A stretch of DNA of 64,000 nt from Pelagibacteraceae bacterium AG-422-B15 (GTDB lineage Bacteria > Pseudomonadota > Alphaproteobacteria > Pelagibacterales > AG-422-B15). Below, piece by piece: positions 59,874 to 64,000 of this stretch. The notes under the pieces were generated by a model. The model saw only the letters and a program-made list of their open reading frames with translations, had not been told where the DNA came from and searched no databases. Where the stretch lies: positions 6,288 through 70,287 of the forward strand of contig CAJJBG010000018.1 of assembly GCA_905182345.1 (NCBI GenBank), read 5' to 3'. A program made the position numbers and the translations under genes. Position 1 is the stretch's first letter; each line of letters opens with the position of its first letter.

Positions 59874-61595
59874 TTATATAGTTCTCTCGAGGGTATTTTT
59901 TAATGGATTAAGAAATTCTTCATATTTTTTCCAAGCTGCCATAGAGTCTTTATTGATGGGTTTTCTAACTTGTTCATTACTAGCAGTTTGTACCTGCCTC
60001 TTTGTTTTATAAAACTCTAAGCAAGCGGGCTCCCACTTTAAGCCACAATATTCTATAAGTTTTCTAGACACATCCTCTTGATGATTAATAAGTTGTTCAT
60101 GCTCTAAAGTAAAAATATCTTCTTTAAAAATATCTTTCCAATAATTCATTAATTCTACATGTAAATTATAATATTTACCCAATATTTCTTGATTATAACA
60201 ATAGCCATGATTCATATCTGTAAATTTGTGAACATATAAAGAGAAACAGTTATCCATAGCATCTCTTTTGCAGTAAATAATTTTAGCCTTAGGAAATAAC
60301 ATTTTAATTAAACCTATTAAGATAAAGTTATGTGGCATTTTATCAGTCACATACTTATGACTTAAACTAATATCTTCAAGTTTTTTTATGTACCCATCTC
60401 TTTGTTTTTCAAAGAGATTATCTTGCATTTCTTCTAATATTTTTTTGCCAGTTTCTATCTGTTTAGCATTTAAGTTGTAAGCGCCTTCTAGCCCACTATT
60501 TCTAATTAAGTGTGGTAATTCTCCACCACCACATACCTCAGAATGACTGGAAAGTATTTGTTCACAAAGAGTTGTTCCTGATCTAGGCATACCCAAGATA
60601 AAAATTGGTTGAACAACATCTTCAATTACTTTAATTAAGTTTTCTTTAATAAATTTTCTATTAAAAATATTTTTAATTTCATTTATAAAATTATGCTCCC
60701 TTTCAATATTACTTCCAATCCATGCATCAGAATATTCATTGCCTAAAACTAAATACTTTCCAGCAATAGAGTGTTTTTTTAATTTGTGATAAGATCGATA
60801 TAAGGAAAAGGCAATTGCTGTTTTTTGATTAAGATCTAATTCATCTGAATTTTTAAGGATGCCTTCAAACCCATGGACCACTACCATATCTGGTTGGTAT
60901 AGACTTGATGCTGTTAAGTTAAAAAAAATACTTTCATCATTTGGAGAATCTTCAATTGCCTTTAAGAAATAATCATGCGATTTATCAAGCATGCCAATAT
61001 CACGGTAAGCAGTACCAAGGTTTTTTAAATTAGGGCCAGTAGCCTGTATTTTTATAACTTCTTTAAACACATCTATCGCCTCTTCAAGGCGGTTATTAAT
61101 GGTTAGTGCAAGACCATAATTGCTTTTACTAAATAAATTATTTTTATCAATACTCAGAGCTTTTTTTGCCATGTTAAGAGCTTTATCAGCATAGTTATTT
61201 CTTTGGTATAAAAGTGTAAGATTATTTAACACAGGTAAGTAATCAGGATTAAGTTGAAAGCTTTTTTCATAAAATTGCATAGATTCATCAAGCTTTACTT
61301 GTTGAAATTTTAAAGAGCCCAAATTGTTGTATATAGCAAAATGATTTGGTTCTATCTTTTGTGCTTTTAAGAAATAATTTAATGCTTGATCAAGAAGATG
61401 CCGATCCTGATAAACAATTCCTAAATGTCTCAATGTTTCAAAATGATTTGGCATTACTTTTAAAACTTTTTTATAGAAAATTTCAGCTTTATCTAATTCA
61501 CCATTTTTATGATATGCAAAACCTTCGTTGAAAATATTCAATATAGCCTGTGGATTAGTAATAACTTTATTTTTTCTTCTTTCTTTGCGATTCAT
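59874..61595 (-). CDS. TPR-repeat protein fused to a PAPS-type sulfotransferase domain
   Basis: 573 aa. The N-terminal ~230 aa are TPR repeats. The C-terminal domain has a 5'-PSB loop GMPRSGTTL, a 3'-PB-like YCKRDAMDN and a family-typical tail VRKPINKDSMAAWKKYE. 2-nt gaps to both leuS and lptE. Confidence 0.85.
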   Translation of the reverse strand: MNRKERRKNKVITNPQAILNIFNEGFAYHKNGELDKAEIFYKKVLKVMPNHFETLRHLGIVYQDRHLLDQALNYFLKAQKIEPNHFAIYNNLGSLKFQQVKLDESMQFYEKSFQLNPDYLPVLNNLTLLYQRNNYADKALNMAKKALSIDKNNLFSKSNYGLALTINNRLEEAIDVFKEVIKIQATGPNLKNLGTAYRDIGMLDKSHDYFLKAIEDSPNDESIFFNLTASSLYQPDMVVVHGFEGILKNSDELDLNQKTAIAFSLYRSYHKLKKHSIAGKYLVLGNEYSDAWIGSNIEREHNFINEIKNIFNRKFIKENLIKVIEDVVQPIFILGMPRSGTTLCEQILSSHSEVCGGGELPHLIRNSGLEGAYNLNAKQIETGKKILEEMQDNLFEKQRDGYIKKLEDISLSHKYVTDKMPHNFILIGLIKMLFPKAKIIYCKRDAMDNCFSLYVHKFTDMNHGYCYNQEILGKYYNLHVELMNYWKDIFKEDIFTLEHEQLINHQEDVSRKLIEYCGLKWEPACLEFYKTKRQVQTASNEQVRKPINKDSMAAWKKYEEFLNPLKNTLERTI

Positions 61596-61597
61596 AA

Positions 61598-64000
61598 CTA
61601 AATAACGATGTTTATAATTTTATTTGGAATAAATATTTTGTTTTTTATTATAGTTTCAGGTGTAATTATTTTTTTAATATTATCTAAATTTATTGCTGCC
61701 AGATAAACATCACTCTCCTTGGAGTTGTTAGGTAAAGTAAGCTGACCTCTTTTCTTACCATTTATTTGGATAATAATTACAATTTCATCATCCACTAATA
61801 ATTGTTCCTCAACTTGAGGCCATGGGGTTTCAATTATAGAGGCATGATTTCCTATTTTTTCCCAACATTCTTCAGCTAGATGAGGCATCATTGGTTCAGT
61901 TACTCGTAATAAAATTATTAAAGCTTCTTTTTTACACCATTTTTGAGATTCACTTTTTTCTCTAAAAATATTTAGTTCACTAGTTAATTCATGAATTTTT
62001 GCAACTGCAACATTCATTTGAAAATTATCAATGCTATCAGTTATTGCTTTAAGATTTTTATGAACTTTTTTTCTAAAATTTATTGATATTTCATCAAATA
62101 TTGAAGGCTTAGCATCTATATTAACATTAAATATATCTTCACAACTTGATACAGTTCTCCAAAATTTTTGAGTAAATTTCCAAGCACCATTTACACCTGA
62201 CAGTGACCAATTTATATCTCTCTCTGGCGGACTATCAGATAACATGAACCATCTTGCAGTATCTGCACCATATTCTCTAATAATATTTTCAGGATCAACA
62301 ACATTTTTTTTTGATTTTGACATTGATTCAACTGGTCCAATTATTACTTCTTCTTTTGTTTTAGTATAAAAATATTTATTTTTTTCAATATATACTTCTG
62401 TGGGCAATAACCATTCGCCAGATTTTAATCTAAATGTCTCGTGACAAACCATACCTTGTGTAAATAGTCCTTTAAAAGGTTCTTTAATACTTAGTTGATT
62501 TGATTTATTCAAAGCGCGAGTAAAAAATCTTGAATATAGTAAATGAAGTATGGCATGTTCAACACCACCAACATATTGATCAACTGGCATCCAATAGTTA
62601 ATATCTTCCTCTGTAAAAGGAGCATCCTCACTATTTGCTGAGCAAAACCTTAGAAAATACCAAGCTGAATCAACAAATGTATCAAGTGTATCAGTTTCTC
62701 TAATTGCCTTCATTCCAGTATATGGACATTTAGTATACTTCCAGGTTGGGTGATTATCGAGAGGGTTTCCAGGTTTAGATAAATCAACATCATTTGGTAG
62801 CTCAATAGGTAGATGCTCTTCAGATAAGCAAATTACTTCTCCATCTTCTCTATATATAATTGGTATAGGACAACCCCAGTAGCGTTGTCTAGAAATGCCC
62901 CAATCACGTAATCTAAAGTTAATTTTTTTAAAACCTATTTTTCTAGATTCTAAGATTTCAATAACTTTCTTCTGTGCTTCAGGAATAGTTAAACCGTTTA
63001 GCTGTTCAGAATTAATTAACAGGCCTTCACCTGTATAAGCTTGATCATTTATCTTATGATTTGCTTCTTCAATATGATTAGGTAAAATTACTGGTATAAC
63101 ATCTATATTATATTTATTAGCAAAATCTAAGTCCCTCTGGTCGTGAGCTGGACATCCATAAATTGCACCTGAGCCATAGTCCATTAAAATAAAGTTAGCT
63201 ATATAAACAGGTAAGAATTTGCTTTTAATTAAAGGATGTTTAACCAAAAAACTAATCTTTAAGCCTTCTTTTTCAGCCGTAGCAATTGCCTCTTCAGTAT
63301 TGCCTTGTGATTGATGTTTTTTTATAAAGTTTTTAACGTCTATATTTTGAGCAGCCAACTCAATAGCCAGTGGATGACCTGGTGATATTGCACAAAATGT
63401 TGCACCAAAAATAGTATCAGGACGCGTTGTATATATGTTTAAGTTATTATTAGTTGCATTAAAATTTTCATCGACCATTTCTAAATTAATTTCACAGCCA
63501 ATAGATTTTCCTATCCAATTTTCTTGCATTGACTTAACTTTTTCAGGCCACTTCTCTAAATCTTTTAAACCACCTAACAAATCATCTGCAAAATCAGTAA
63601 TTTTAAAAAACCACTGTGATAAGGTTTTACGTTCTACCTCTGCACCCGAACGCCATCCCTTACCATCTATGACTTGTTCGTTCGCAAGAACTGTTTGTTC
63701 TGTAGGATCCCAATTTACCAAAGATTCTTTTTTGTAAACAAGTTTATGTTCAAACAAGTCCTTAAAAATTTTTTGTTGATGTTTGTAGTAGCTACTATTG
63801 CAAGTTGCAATTTCTTTAGACCAATCAATTGATAACCCCATTAGCTTTAGTTGGCGCTTCATCTCTTCTATATTGCTATATGTCCACTCTGCTGGTGAGG
63901 TTTTATTTTGAATTGCAGCATTTTCTGCAGGCAAGCCAAATGCATCCCAGCCCATTGGGTGTAAGACATTATAATTTTGTGCTCTTTTAAATCTTGCAAC
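61598..64000 (-). CDS. leuS: Leucine--tRNA ligase (N-terminus beyond window end)
   Basis: The frame is open to position 64000 ([29 protein letters not shown]). KMSKS-type [10 protein letters not shown]. The track ORF start at 63955 is an internal Met. Confidence 0.97.
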   Translation of the reverse strand, partial: VARFKRAQNYNVLHPMGWDAFGLPAENAAIQNKTSPAEWTYSNIEEMKRQLKLMGLSIDWSKEIATCNSSYYKHQQKIFKDLFEHKLVYKKESLVNWDPTEQTVLANEQVIDGKGWRSGAEVERKTLSQWFFKITDFADDLLGGLKDLEKWPEKVKSMQENWIGKSIGCEINLEMVDENFNATNNNLNIYTTRPDTIFGATFCAISPGHPLAIELAAQNIDVKNFIKKHQSQGNTEEAIATAEKEGLKISFLVKHPLIKSKFLPVYIANFILMDYGSGAIYGCPAHDQRDLDFANKYNIDVIPVILPNHIEEANHKINDQAYTGEGLLINSEQLNGLTIPEAQKKVIEILESRKIGFKKINFRLRDWGISRQRYWGCPIPIIYREDGEVICLSEEHLPIELPNDVDLSKPGNPLDNHPTWKYTKCPYTGMKAIRETDTLDTFVDSAWYFLRFCSANSEDAPFTEEDINYWMPVDQYVGGVEHAILHLLYSRFFTRALNKSNQLSIKEPFKGLFTQGMVCHETFRLKSGEWLLPTEVYIEKNKYFYTKTKEEVIIGPVESMSKSKKNVVDPENIIREYGADTARWFMLSDSPPERDINWSLSGVNGAWKFTQKFWRTVSSCEDIFNVNIDAKPSIFDEISINFRKKVHKNLKAITDSIDNFQMNVAVAKIHELTSELNIFREKSESQKWCKKEALIILLRVTEPMMPHLAEECWEKIGNHASIIETPWPQVEEQLLVDDEIVIIIQINGKKRGQLTLPNNSKESDVYLAAINLDNIKKIITPETIIKNKIFIPNKIINIVI

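Noticed and set aside
1-64000. Search for mobile elements, defence systems, CRISPR arrays and RNA genes
   Set aside because: I found no integrase, transposase, phage, restriction, Cas or toxin-antitoxin-like ORFs, no repeat-spacer arrays, and no GC-rich tRNA- or rRNA-like islands. Every gap over 70 bp was read by eye. Coding density and conserved synteny indicate core chromosome rather than an accessory island.

Overview
This is a very AT-rich, tightly packed core-chromosome segment. Most intergenic gaps are 0-100 bp and many start/stop codons overlap. Gene order is clearly alphaproteobacterial. By inference only, it comes from a genome-streamlined marine lineage of the SAR11/Pelagibacterales type. 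I recognise about 68 protein genes, nearly all housekeeping, identified by remembered motifs and synteny; no searches were possible. On the minus strand these include infB-nusA, trmB-metK-lnt-corC-ybeY-phoH-miaB-plsC-like-fur-tsaB, nfu-like-USP-trpS-murJ, gshB-BON-rsmI, rdgB-rph, HIT-hisE-DUF1330-hisFAHB, and dnaQ-coaE-aroE-maf. On the plus strand they include maeB, grpE-dnaK-dnaJ-dapB-nth, hslVU, hemE-hemH-hemJ-rho and mnmE-mnmG-rsmG-parA-parB. The window ends with holA-lptE-(TPR-sulfotransferase)-leuS on the minus strand. The only sizeable non-coding gap (46106-46385, maf|hemE) sits where alphaproteobacterial origins lie and carries DnaA-box-like sites. A perfect parS lies about 9.8 kb away inside rsmG. 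I find no rRNA, tRNA, CRISPR, IS, phage, integrase, toxin-antitoxin or defence genes. I do not see a convincing new multi-gene system; this looks like an ordinary core region. The signals most worth a second look are: (1) a 29/32-identical sigma32-like promoter cassette abutting the ATGs of hslV and of a PaaI-thioesterase/oxidoreductase operon, which implies leaderless mRNAs; (2) a TPR-sulfotransferase wedged into the conserved leuS-lptE-holA cluster; (3) the origin architecture, including a 61-nt C-free G/T tract; (4) a promoter-plus-terminator leader in front of nusA where rimP is missing; (5) a 14-bp perfect inverted repeat between murJ and maeB; and (6) a convergent pair of exported GlcNAc-polymer enzymes. 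All functional readings are hypotheses that need searches or experiments.
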